DNA of 44,452 nt from positions 104,154,305-104,198,756 of the forward strand of contig NC_068984.1 of the NCBI RefSeq assembly GCF_001194135.2, given 5' to 3'. Positions 34,401 to 44,452 of the stretch are shown piece after piece (the stretch's first letter is position 1; every line of letters starts with the position of its first letter). Below the pieces are notes generated by a model. The model ran no database searches and was not told the DNA's origin. It saw nothing but the letters and a program-made list of their open reading frames with translations. Both the position numbers and the translations under genes were made by a program. Origin of the DNA: Octopus bimaculoides. Lineage: Eukaryota.

Positions 34401-36721
34401 TAAACATAGTTGCATTAATTTTCTTCTGTGTGCTTGCAGTTCCTCACTTTTTATTTTCTGCTTTGGTAATTAACTGTATTTTAGTACATTGATAAAGAAT
34501 GTATCCTCTCCTTTCCTTGTTAAGGCTGTTGATTTACTTGTAAAACATTTAAAAACATTTTGGGAAAGTTGGTTTTCAGAATACATTTGTGAATAGACAA
34601 AAGATGAATTTTCTAGTTCGATATGGTGTTTTAATATCATTGCTACATTGTTTAAATTAATCTCAAATTTCAGTGTATATGATGTGCGTCAAAAGCTATT
34701 AATCTAAATACTCTGTTTCAAATGATTCCTAAATTTAGATGTTTAATAAATCCACTTCAATGAGGAATTGGGAGCACAACAGGTTCTTACCTATATATTC
34801 TATAGAACTTTGTCTAAAATCTTTTCTAAGTAAGAAATTATTAAAATTTTGTTTAAATATCACCATATACATATCAGTCAACAATATTCTGATGGAGTAA
34901 ATAGCAATTGTACAACAAATTGAAGTTGAAGGAATTCCTGTAAAAACAGGAGGTAACCATATAAGTAATGTAATTTGTCAATGCGACTAAAATTATAAAA
35001 CCAAATTCCCAATCATTAAATTTGGCCTTTTATCGCACATAACAAGGCAATTAACTCTTCAGTTTGTAAACTACAGACAATGCACAGGACTCCATTTGTT
35101 TACCAGTCCTAAAGCACGTATTACAAAAATCTTTGCTCTGCCCTTTAGTTAGGAACTCTCTAATATAAAGGGAGAAAACCGCTTATCATTCATTTCTGTT
35201 CTGTACACCAATCATTGCAGGACTGGGCTCATTTTTTTTTTTTTAAGTTATTGAAAAATACTAGGTAAATTCTGAAACTGGAGTATATCCTCCTCGTGCT
35301 TGACAAAAATTGCCCTGATTTTGTCAAATTTATCGTTTCTTTATTCATACTTAGTCTAGTAATTGGGGAAAATGAAGTCAATGCTTAACTCAAGTGAGTG
35401 TTGGAAATTTTGGAAAATAGATATTTAAGTTTTTACCTCATTCTTTCTGAAATCAATTCATCATTTTCACTATTGATGTCCAACTTGTCTTGAAACCTGT
35501 TATCTTGCTGCATTCAAAACCCCTCCGAAATTACTGCACCAACTGGTTGATTATGTCAAAAACTAGTTTGAGAATGGTATGTACTTTCTGCTCCTTCTAG
35601 GAAGATAGCAATACAGAATAGGAACCAACTCTACATTCATGCATTTAAAAACTTGAAAAAAAAAAGTGAAATAATTTATCTGAAGTTTTTTTTTTTTCTT
35701 TTTTAGATTATGGCCGTGTTGTTGAACTTAGAATTAACACGAAGAGTGGAGGTGGAAAATTACCTGTAAGTTCTGCTGCTGCATCTATTTTATGTTAAGG
35801 GGTGTATAGGGGCTTGAAAGGTCATTGCATTTGATAAGGGCCCTTCTAAGGATCAATGTTTAATTCCATCTATGCATTAATGCTAGTGTGTGATGCAGTC
35901 CTGGAATTTATCACTTTTACTTTAGATTATTAAGCCTTAAATATTAGGGGTTTACATACAATAAAACTTAGTTTTTTTCTCTTAATATTAAATTTTTCAA
36001 TGATAGTAACATTAAATATTTAGGAGAACTGACATACACATCCTCATCAAACTACTACCATCTTTTATTATTGGAAGACTAAAATATAACTTATGTAATT
36101 ATTAAATTCTCTTTCTATAAATATTGATTAAATGGCAACTGTAATTAGATTTTAAGTTGTTTTTTTTTTATTTAACCCCCCTCTACTTTTTTCTCTTTCC
36201 AGAACTTCGGTTTTGTGGTTTTTGATACTGCAGAACCTGTACAGCATATTTTAAGTGTTAAGGTAATTACAATTTTTTCTATTTTTACTTCCATCTATAT
36301 ATAACCAGGAAACTGGGCACACAGACATACACACAATCAACAATTTTGTGTGCACATTTAACAGCTTTAAACTTATGTGTTTTGACCAAGCTTGAGTTTC
36401 TTTTTCCTCATTTTCTTTGTACAGCCCATCAAATACAATGGTGAGCATAGGCTGAATGTGGAAGAAAAGAAACCTCGTGGTGCTGGCGGAAGTGGTCCAG
36501 AAGGTGGAAGACCAATGAGTGGAAGAGGTGGTCGTGGTGCTCTTGGAAGTGGCACTGCACGAGGTAGCATCATGGGTGGCAACATGAGTGGTGGCCGTGC
36601 TGGCATCCGGCCTTCATCTGGTGGTGGAAACAGACAAGACAACCGACTAGGTGGTCTTGGTAGTGCTGGTGGACGTGGTGGTCCAGGAACTGGAGGTGGT
36701 GGTGGTGGTGCACGACGCTGA
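18612..36721 (+). CDS. G3BP: Ras GTPase-activating protein-binding protein (G3BP/rasputin orthologue), 11 coding exons, 487 aa
   Basis: join(18612-18706,26692-26773,27375-27476,28001-28169,28259-28349,30347-30504,32830-33004,33203-33378,35707-35765,36203-36262,36425-36721) = 1464 nt. All introns are GT-AG with compatible phases and there is no internal stop. NTF2-like ([33 protein letters not shown]), acidic, SWASL, RRM ([24 protein letters not shown]), RGG tail. Confidence 0.97.
19670..19694. repeat. (CAT)n microsatellite
   Basis: Direct reading. Confidence 0.95.
20461..20672. mobile_element. piggyBac-type MITE (left end degraded)
   Basis: Right end ...GTGCTGAAGGG followed by TTAA (20673-76); its two halves align with 22218-22290 and 23760-23906. 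Confidence 0.7.
20775..20915 (+). mobile_element. SINE-like fragment, family of 98-232
   Basis: TTTCAGTTTC...AAATTCACTCAAGGC...GTGCCATGCTGTGGAACTG...AAACCACATAGTTG similarity. Confidence 0.5.
21179..21464. mobile_element. hAT-type MITE (286 bp)
   Basis: TIR CAGTGGTTCTCAACC / GGTTGAGAACCCCTG (14/15); 8-bp TSD CTTTACAC / CTATACAC (7/8). Confidence 0.92.
22218..23906 (-). mobile_element. Decayed piggyBac element A in G3BP intron 1
   Basis: TTAA on both sides (22214-17, 23907-10); TIR CCCATTAGTGTTCA / ACCTTTAGTGTTCA (12/14); subterminal direct repeat TGGCC(A/G)GTTTGAACA twice; transposase remnant inside. Confidence 0.75.
22600..23700 (-). pseudogene. piggyBac (PGBD-like, DDE_Tnp_1_7) transposase pseudogene
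   Basis: Acidic N-terminus, [13 protein letters not shown]...[64 protein letters not shown]; frameshifts and stops. Confidence 0.9.
25397..25426. repeat. (CT)n microsatellite
   Basis: Direct reading. Confidence 0.95.
26692..26773 (+). CDS. G3BP: G3BP coding exon 2
   Basis: [27 protein letters not shown]; TAG|...|GTAAGT; 82 nt. Confidence 0.96.
27375..27476 (+). CDS. G3BP: G3BP coding exon 3
   Basis: [34 protein letters not shown]; CAG|...|GTAAGC. Confidence 0.96.
28001..28169 (+). CDS. G3BP: G3BP coding exon 4
   Basis: [56 protein letters not shown]; donor GTACGT. Confidence 0.95.
28259..28349 (+). CDS. G3BP: G3BP coding exon 5
   Basis: [30 protein letters not shown]; phases fit both neighbours. 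Confidence 0.88.
28689..30122 (+). mobile_element. Internally deleted piggyBac element B in G3BP intron 5 (1434 bp)
   Basis: Perfect 14-bp TIR CCCTTTCGTTACCA / TGGTAACGAAAGGG; TTAA TSD at 28685-88 and 30123-26; subterminal repeat ACCAAACCGCCCC at 28699 and 28733. Confidence 0.96.
28948..29800 (+). pseudogene. piggyBac transposase pseudogene (N-terminal half only)
   Basis: [106 protein letters not shown]; then truncated. Confidence 0.92.
30347..30504 (+). CDS. G3BP: G3BP coding exon 6 (acidic region)
   Basis: [52 protein letters not shown]; donor GTAAGT. Confidence 0.92.
30780..30910 (+). mobile_element. SINE-like fragment (family of 17860-17995)
   Basis: CTTCCATGTTGGCAAGGG...TGCCCTTCCTAGTGCCAACC. 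Confidence 0.55.
32830..33004 (+). CDS. G3BP: G3BP coding exon 7 (SWAS motif, P/Q-rich)
   Basis: [20 protein letters not shown]...QGPQPQRA. Confidence 0.93.
33203..33378 (+). CDS. G3BP: G3BP coding exon 8 (start of RRM)
   Basis: NPRERIRER...[27 protein letters not shown]. Confidence 0.96.
33501..34295. repeat. Pair of ~115-140 bp direct repeats flanking ~540 bp in intron 8 (unclassified insertion or duplication)
   Basis: Both start CATACTTCACCGT; identical 31-nt core TTGTGGCTGTCTACTATTTATTTGTAGTGGA at 33560-33590 and 34234-34264. Confidence 0.8.
35707..35765 (+). CDS. G3BP: G3BP coding exon 9
   Basis: [19 protein letters not shown]; donor GTAAGT. Confidence 0.95.
36203..36262 (+). CDS. G3BP: G3BP coding exon 10 (RNP1)
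   Basis: [20 protein letters not shown]. Confidence 0.96.
36425..36721 (+). CDS. G3BP: G3BP coding exon 11 (RRM end plus RGG tail, stop)
   Basis: [19 protein letters not shown]...GRGGRG...[16 protein letters not shown]. Confidence 0.96.
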   Translation, partial: PIKYNGEHRLNVEEKKPRGAGGSGPEGGRPMSGRGGRGALGSGTARGSIMGGNMSGGRAGIRPSSGGGNRQDNRLGGLGSAGGRGGPGTGGGGGGARR

Positions 36722-37105
36722 GTTAAAATAGTTTCTGGTGCTTCATGGAAGTATGCAATTCTGACTGGAAAGAAAAATAGATTACAAGGTGTATATGGTG
36801 AAGTTGTATCGTTTTGCATGTCCAAATGGTCGTCAAAGCAACTGGCTGTATGTGTCTTGTATCAACTTGTGAAACCAAGATAATTCCTATTTCATATGCA
36901 AGTTTATGTGAACATTTCAGCAAGACTTGCATCTTACTAAAAGATAGGGGGAAAAAAAAAAAGAAAACCCCATTTTATTCTAAACTGAAGAAAGAAAAGC
37001 TTATGAAGCTACATAATCTTTTTCACACTTGACAGATATTAGGTTTACATTTCTTTTTATCCCCCTCCACTCTTTATTTAAAAAAAAATTTTCCACTCCC
37101 AGTTA

Positions 37106-38142
37106 AATAAAACCCAGATGACAAATAAAACCAGTTGAATAACTATCAGCATATTGGTTTTTTTAAAACAAAAATGTCTTCAGTGTGCAGAACAGTTCTT
37201 GTTGGTTTACTCTGATCATCTGTTAAAATTAACTTATCTGTCAATTTCTTTCTTTTATCCAATCTATAAGAGATGAAAAGGAAATTCTGTCATTTCACTT
37301 GAACAATCACTAGCAGAATTGCATATTTTCTTCGTAGAAATATTGGATCGTTGGATACTATGCCCTTATCACCAGTGGCGATTGCTAGTTGTAACTTTTT
37401 TTTTCAACTGGAAACAAAAAACAAAAAAAAAAAATAAATGTCAGAGTTTACAAGTGTAAAATAATTAACATTACCCAAGCATTATTTTCTTACTGTTAAA
37501 ATAAAAGCGGTTTTTAAATGTATACACTTATGTTGGTCAACATTCTACTCCACAGCTCTATACAAACACAAGTTCATGGAAAAAGGGAAGCATTGGCATG
37601 CAAGCTCATCACATTTTAAAATCTTGTTTCTTGTATTTTAGTTGGGGATGAATAAGGTATGGTTTCACAGGCATCTGAATATTACTGGAGTTTGAACCCA
37701 GGAACTATTATTCACACTTATAATTTGCTTTTTATATATAATTAGACAGGTGGTATTTTGGGAAGGATAATTAATGATTAGCCTATGTTGTCTCAAGGTA
37801 ATTTATTATTTCAGAAATAGTTTAGAAGTTGTTTGGTCTCTTGGAATCTGTTTCTGCATTATTATTTTCATTTCATTGCTGTAGACTTTGTACTTGTGTG
37901 TGTATTTATTCAGTCTTGTTTCCTAGATTTCATAAGGATTAAGTGTATATGATTATATATTTTTTTCTTAATTTGGTTTTAATATCCTGGTGGAATATAA
38001 GACCCATATTACCAATTTATCTTACTTGTCTGCTTTTGTTTCCCCCCCCCCCCCATCATATCAGCTGTTGCCAAATGAATGGAGTCTTCAACTTTAGACC
38101 ATTTTTTTTTGTGATGCCAACATTTTGACACCCACAAATAAA
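37106..38142 (+). terminator. Cluster of candidate AATAAA polyadenylation signals for the G3BP 3' UTR
   Basis: AATAAA at 37106, 37124, 37433, 37500 and 38137. The sequence is AT-rich, so the site actually used cannot be determined. Confidence 0.4.
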
Positions 38143-39345
38143 ACCATTTCAACATGCTTGCAACATTGTTTTTCTTTGCTTTTTTGGGTAATTGACAAAG
38201 ATTGTTGAATGAAAATTGAGTTACTGTCTCCCCTCTCATCCACCCACCTTTTAAAAATTTTTTAATATTTCCAGTTCATTGGTTATTAAATAGTCTTGTT
38301 TCTTCGTGCTGGTTTTTATGCCCACCCCCACTGCCTGGGTGTGTAAACCAAGTCTCTTCAGTCAAAGTGGGATTTATGAATCTGATGCCTTGTTAGCCTG
38401 TTAACATATTGCATGTAATAGCAAATTCATTTCTCTGTTAAAATAATCCTTGTTATTTTAGTATATTAGAAGAAAGTATTTGAATTTTTTTATTATAGAA
38501 ATTGTACATTATCTAAATATAAGTTGCTTGCTGAAAATAGCTATCCTTAGCAGTTTTAATACATGTCTAATATAGTGTCATTTATTTATTGTATAGGAAG
38601 ATCACTAGAAACATTGTATTGTGTATCTAATAAGGTAGCCATAATCAGTTGGTGTTTTTGAATTAAAATTACTTTTTTGTTGTGGTCTATAAAAATAATT
38701 GTATTTCTTGTTACTAATGGGCATTTGTTTTGAAAACTAACATTAGGATTGCTAATAGCATGACATGGGATTTTAGCTTTTCTGGTAAGTTGCTAGTTTT
38801 AGTCTCAAGCACTTAAATGTATTTGGAAAATTTTTTTTAGTAAATTTAGAGCAAGATGTTAACATTGAATTAAATTTCGTTTAGTCGCTTTCTCAATTTT
38901 GATTGGAATGAGTGAATTCACTTAACAAAATTTGATGATATATATTTCATTTAGATAAAATTTCAAATCTTCTGTCAGGGTCAGATATCTGGATTGGAGG
39001 TTTTCCTCTCTGATAACAATATGAATTTCATCATGTTATGCCTGCATAACTATTGCTGAAATATTTTTGCAGTGCTTGCATTCATTTGTTCTGACTACTG
39101 TTTTAAATGGTAAACTTTTCTTCTCTGAGCAAGTCTGTTGTTTTTTTGCAAGGTTGTCATTAATTCCATAAGCATCTTAAGAAACATGAGTTAAAACAAA
39201 AATATTGAGGATCAAGAAGCAACTTTTAGACTAAAGTTTCCAATGTACCAATAAATGTTTGTGTATATGAAACTGTTTGGAAATGGTGTTATATGATTGA
39301 AATAATTGGTATGTCTTGAAGATCCCCTCTTCTTTTTTTTTCTGT

Positions 39346-39533
39346 CAGCAGTCCCCAACCCTTTTTGCATCACAGACCAGTTTCATGCAAGACAATTTTC
39401 CCACAGACTGGGGATTAATGTGCGTTATAAAACAAAAGTGCATAATATATAATGCTAAAACACCTTGGAGACTGTGATAGTCTATAAAAATTTTTTGTTT
39501 TCTTTCTGCACAGCCTGGTGGTTGGGGACCCCT
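39346..39533. mobile_element. hAT/Charlie-type MITE
   Basis: TIR CAGCAGTCCCCAACC / GGTTGGGGACCCCTG (13/15); TTCTGT on both flanks (partial TSD). Confidence 0.82.
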
Positions 39534-41112
39534 GTTCTGTTGTAAAGCCATGTATTATCTTCAAAATTTAAAAAATGCATGAATTTGAAATTTTCTTTTC
39601 TCATCCCCCTCGCCAAATTCAAAACAATTTGAGATTTTAGATGTTTATTTCAGTTTAAGCAGTTTGACAACTCATAATACATTGTTAGACTGTTTTAAAA
39701 CTATCAAGTTATTACAATTCAAAATGCTGAGTCCTTTTCAACTTGTTTGGCAGATTTTCTTTAGCATTGCCATAGTTTTCCTATATAAACACATACATGC
39801 TCACTGAGCAGCTGCTTTGTCAGATTTCCATTTGTTGAAAGTGTTCGTACTGTCAGTTGAAATGATCTAGATGATTTTGCACAAGACATTTTTACATATC
39901 TTAAAATAGTTTTGAAGAAACAAATTCTCAAGTGGTAGAAGTGAAATAAACTCATATTTTATCAATCCTGGATGAAAGGGACACATTTGAAGCCTGTAGT
40001 GACAGTTGGGATTCTGTCTTTGTTTCTTTCGTTATGTAAACATTTATATTCATCTCTATTGATAGTATGTATCTATAAGAGCAGATAAAGCAATTGGAAA
40101 TTGAGATGCTGTTGATGAGGGGAGTTCTTTTTTGTCTTCTCATACCATTTGTTAGTAATCCTTTCACCTCTCCTACCAGAAAGTGCCTGCGGATTTTTTT
40201 TTTTTTTTTTTTACCCCAATGCTATCACATTTAGGGCAAATAATTCACTTGGTAGTTAGAAAATAAAGCAGCCAGTCAAGAGAAGTTTGTGATTTTGTGG
40301 ACGATTACATGGACAGACCCTGAATAGTGACATCACTGGTAGCAGATTGTATAAAATAGCTTAGTGTAGTAGTAGTAGTAGAGGTTTCTATTTAAAGAGT
40401 TATTTCATTGAGTAGAAAATTTGTGATACAAATGAGTAGGTAGAATGGGAACAGGCTGACAGCTGTCTAATTTCATATAGAACAAACTAATCATCACACA
40501 GCAATTTATGGCTTCACTTCAGTGATGGAAGCCCTATCCAAAAGTACTGTAAGAAACTAGTTTCAATTATATCCTGGGCATGCATTTTGATTTAAATTTA
40601 GATAGCCATCATACATATTTAATTAAACCTTAAGAGAATACTAAAGTGTCCTCTTTGTACCATAATGGAAGTATATTTTCTTTATTTGCTACATAACTTT
40701 TATTGTTGGAGCCAGTTGTCAGTAAAATTGAGTTAGTTGAAACCAATTCTTCAGTAATTGTTAATTTTATTGACAAGAAACGTTTTCATTACAAATAAGC
40801 AAATATCTCCAACCGACATGAATTAAATTTTATTTTCTTTGACAATTCAACAGATTTCAAAACATTTTCATTTCCTCACAATTTTTTTTTTTTTTTTTTT
40901 ACAAGTGAACAATATTTCTATTATCCATTTACTGCTTTCATTAGGCTTTTTAAAAAAAATCGATTTACAAAAGGGATTAGATCTAAAGCAGGGGGTTTGC
41001 AATTGAGCTATTACTTAACCCAGTTATGGGCAACCTGCAGCCTGAAGAATTTTCAGAATAACACAACAAAGAATTATCAATAATTTTAGTAGTGTGCCCA
41101 TGCCTGGCTTAG

Positions 41113-41298
41113 CCCTTTTGTTAGCATATCTGTGTTGAAATATACTGCTTATGTTAATTTTGAAAATACTGAATTTAATAAAACGACTTTGTCACTATTA
41201 ATTTGGTGTTTTGGAATATAAATTAGCATGAAATTTTAACAAAAGGTTTTTTTAAAACTCAGAATTTTTATAAAACCAAAGGGTTGACCTCAAAAGGG
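41113..41298. mobile_element. piggyBac-type MITE related to the right end of element B
   Basis: CCCTTTTG...CAAAAGGG termini; left end CCCTTTTGTTAGCATAT resembles B's CCCTTTCGTTACCATAT; flanks TTAG/CTAA. Confidence 0.65.
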
Positions 41299-42524
41299 CT
41301 AAAACTGGAGGTCCATTTTTGGATTCTCTTGTAACCATTTCAGTTTTTCTTTTACTTTTGATTTCTAGTCTTCATCTAGGACAGTTATTACATTAGAGTT
41401 CAATTTCCTTCAAACTTTGCTCTTGTCAGTTTCAAGACATTGATGTCCAGGTGGCAAAAGCGAAGTTTGACATGAATAATAGTCATTTCTTGATAGAAAT
41501 AACTTGCATTGCTGATGACAAGATAGTAAAATTTTAATTTTTCCTTCCTTCTGTCTCTCCATCCTTATCTTTTCCTTTCATTGCACAAAGATGAAAAAAA
41601 AAAAAAGGAAAAACTTGGCTAAAAGATTATACAAACCTTGTTTTTTCTTGTTTTGTAAATGAGGAAATTTTGTAGCTACAAATAACATGAAAACCATCTT
41701 GATCAGAGAATAGCATGCGATGGATAAAAACATGGCTCTTATAGTAGTGAATTTGAGTAGAAGGAATAAATCTAATGTGACATGATGATTTAGGGCTTGA
41801 AAAAGTGGTAGGGTGGGATATGATATTAGTTGAGTTCCACACTTTTATATGAAACAAAGTTTGAAAAAACAATCCTGTGAAATTTGAAACCCTAAAACAT
41901 TTCTATGTATTTCTTATGAAGATTTGTCTCTGGTAGATGAAACCTGAAAGAAGTTTGTCTTTCATCACTGCTTGACAACCAGTATTTGTTCTCACAACTT
42001 AGTGGTTTGACAATAGAAACCAATAGAACAAGTATCAAGCTTAGAAAAATACTGAGTTTGATTCATTTGACTAAAATTCTTGAAATAATGACAAACATAA
42101 AATATAAAAGAATACTCTTTATGGGTGAGTTGTGACAGTTGTATTATTTAGTTTCTAACTCTCCATAGACATTGAACATGTTTGCAGATTAAATTCCTTA
42201 CTCATTTTGCTTCAACGCATTGACAACTTCAGCTTAAACCATTTATGAAAATGTGCTTAAGAACTATTTTTCTCTTTGAAATAGATTTTTTTTCCTAGTG
42301 CAGCATTTAACTTAAAGACACTATTACAAGGTTCTTAGTTTATTACTAAAATTTAAATGAAGTTGGGAGTTCCAGACATGCATTGAATTCAAAAGAATAT
42401 TTGAAAAATGTTTATCTTTTACCAAATGTTTTATCTGCCAGGTGTCACCAAATAGTTTTATCGACATTTTTTTCATAGCAATCAATCAGACATTCCATAC
42501 GGCAGCTAGTTGTGTACCTGTGCC

Positions 42525-42564
42525 CTCTCTCTCTCTCTCTATCTATCTATCCATATATATATAT
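42525..42564. repeat. Compound (CT)n(ATCT)n(AT)n microsatellite
   Basis: Direct reading. Confidence 0.9.
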
Positions 42565-42764
42565 GTCACATAAATGACAAATAGTTTGAAATATGAGTAC
42601 TACTCTATTACTTGAATCTATATGTTGTTAGTTATATATGGTTCAAATGTACAGAAAACGAAATGGAACAAGTAAGTGTATTAGTTTGATGCTTGAGAAA
42701 AATGGAAAAGTCATTGTTTCAAGCCTAAGCTCTTCAACAGAAAGGGATGAGAAGTAAGATGCAG

Positions 42765-42990
42765 CTGCATGGTTGAGAAGTTTGTTTCACGAGCACGTTT
42801 GCATGATTTTGATGGAATCTGAAAAGAAACCTGTGTCTTGTCTTGATAATGAGTAATGATTGTAAACACCTGACATAGTTTTGCAAACTATGTCTGGGTA
42901 TAGGGAAATATTACCTAGCTTGGAAGTAGGAAGGGTATCCAGCTGTAGAAAGTCTGCCTCGATGAAATTCGAACGACTCATTAAAAGTTG
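42765..42990. mobile_element. Composite SINE-like fragment, reversed relative to the copies at 98-232 and 17860-17995
   Basis: GCTGCATGGTTGAGAAGTTTGTTTC and GGAAGGGTATCCAGCTGTAGAAA resemble reverse complements of those families. Confidence 0.5.
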
Positions 42991-43639
42991 TCTTTAAACC
43001 TGTGGTGGTCAAACTGACTTAGGAAAGCTATCAACATGCTCCTGCTGCAAGGAAAATGGAAATGTGATTGCTAATATACTGAACGTAGTAAGCCAAAAAT
43101 GACAACCTCAAACTGGTCATTAAGATAGTAATGTTTTGTTTTTACAACTTTTTAGTAAAATTCTCTTATATATTGTTAGTGCCTACTTTACTATTTGCTT
43201 ACCATACAGCAGACGTCCCTCGGTATTTTACCTTGGTTATTTTTTTTGGTTAACATATCACTCAGTACTTATTTGCTATAACCTTTATATTTCCTCTAAT
43301 CGTTTTAAGAGCTTGCAGTATTAGACTGTTTTCTTGGTGTCACTCTAAAGAACCAAAACGTCCTCAAGTTTCAATTTTGATTTAAATTCTGGTGGGGTTG
43401 TCTCCCTTACTTTGGGTAGATTTGGTCAGTCATGTATTTTCTATGCCTTAAATACACTCATGACAGAGAAAGAAAACAAAGATTCATTTGACACTTCAAC
43501 AGTGATTTATCATTGAAGAATAAAGTATCAAGTTGGCATTGGAAAGTTTTGTATGAATTGATTATTTTGTACTTTGAAGTTCAAGCATCCAGTAACAATC
43601 TCTAAAAGTAATTAATTACCTACATCACTTCATTGATCT

Positions 43640-43970
43640 TTGGGACAGTGTTATAATGTTTCTGAATGGTAAGCAACTTGGAAAAGAAATCCAAGCTGCT
43701 AAATATGACATATTCTACCTTTTAGATATATCTGAGAAGCTAAATTTGCTGAACAAACAATTACAAGGTAAAACGAACATTTTAAGTTGCAAAAAGGTTA
43801 CTAGTGGTTTATTTGGAAGACTTAATCTATTTAGAATAATAAAGAATTGCTAATAGGAATTACAGAGTTTTTCACGTTAAATAGGCATGTAAGAAAGTTC
43901 ATATTAGGAATTCTTCAGACAGAAATTAAATGATACAAATTTTACATTTGGAAGAAATATTCATATTTAG
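43640..43970 (+). pseudogene. hAT (Buster/ZBED5-SCAND3-like) transposase fragment
   Basis: IFYLLDISEKLNLLNKQLQGKTNILSCKKVTSGLFGRLNLFR matches the xYLxDIFxxLNxLNxxLQG block of Charlie/Buster transposases; stops follow. Confidence 0.78.
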
Positions 43971-44052
43971 TTAGTGATCAGGAGCAGCATAGATAGTGGG
44001 GTGAAAGAAAGAAGTGCAAAACACATATTACAGAAAAAAAAAAAGAAAATAG

Positions 44053-44452
44053 AGTTACATGCATGGGGATATAGCATCATACAACGTGGAAGACAATTGG
44101 AGATTTCTGTGGGACAACCTGTTGAGAGCCACAGACCAGATCTGTGGCTGGTGTAAAGTCCCCTCTCGACCCAGAGTAACGTGGTGGTGGAACAAGGAGG
44201 TAGACGGGGCTATTAGACAAAAGAAACAGGCTTGGAAGAATGGTGGTAGCAGGGAATTGTACCAATCTGCCAGAAGGGAAGCTAGGCGACAGGTTTATTT
44301 AGCCAGAGGGGAAGCAGATAAGAAAAGATTTGCCAATGTTCTGCGCCGTGAGGAACAAAGACTCGAGGTATTTCGTGTTGCAAGACAGTGTAGGAGAGAG
44401 AATAGTGATGTTGTAGGAGAGAAATGTGTTCGCATGGATGATGGTACGCTTG
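44053..44452 (+). mobile_element. 5'-truncated RTE-X-like LINE, ORF2 EN-RT linker; runs off the window
   Basis: Stop-free frame 44059->44452 (131 codons): NVEDNWRFLWDNLLRATDQICGWCKVPSRPRVTWWWNKEVDGAIRQKKQAWK...YQSARREARRQVYLARGEA...VVGEKCVRMDDGTL. Confidence 0.85.

Noticed and set aside
36373-36825. 150-aa proline-rich minus-strand ORF
   Set aside because: Antisense shadow of the GGT/GGA-rich RGG exon of G3BP.
4185-41520. Other CTGATGA words (e.g. ~4188, ~6736, ~18814, ~21744, ~24670, ~33253, ~41513) as hammerhead cores
   Set aside because: None is followed by a stem II hairpin and GAAA with a closing stem I.
1-44452. CRISPR arrays, operons or other prokaryotic/viral systems; remaining 60-125 aa ORFs in the track
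   Set aside because: No repeat-spacer arrays. The DNA has spliceosomal gene structure, and the short ORFs are low-complexity AT-rich or antisense-to-TE frames with no recognisable domains.

Overview
AT-rich eukaryotic (animal) genomic DNA. The repeat families resemble those I recall from Octopus-type cephalopods; this is recognition from memory, not a database result. One intact protein-coding gene is present: a G3BP/rasputin orthologue (stress-granule nucleator; NTF2-like, acidic, PxxP, RRM and RGG regions) on the + strand, with 11 GT-AG coding exons from 18612 to 36721. They join in frame to 1464 nt (487 aa). Upstream is a CpG-retaining promoter-like zone (~10.15-13.65 kb), probably with a non-coding leader exon and possibly a divergent transcript. 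Positions 1-9.3 kb are a nested transposon cluster: an old RTE LINE split by an LTR-type insertion that itself carries a solo LTR, a heavily deleted Ty3/Gypsy provirus, SINE-like repeats, and a Penelope-type repeat with a minimal hammerhead ribozyme motif. G3BP introns hold two decayed piggyBac elements and several MITEs. The window ends with a hAT transposase fragment and an unbroken stretch of RTE-X-like LINE ORF2. I found no prokaryotic features, CRISPR arrays, tRNA or rRNA, and no clearly novel multi-gene system. The most interesting signals are the hammerhead motif, the reconstructable TE nesting, the piggyBac-MITE relationship and the unexplained CpG-rich upstream region.
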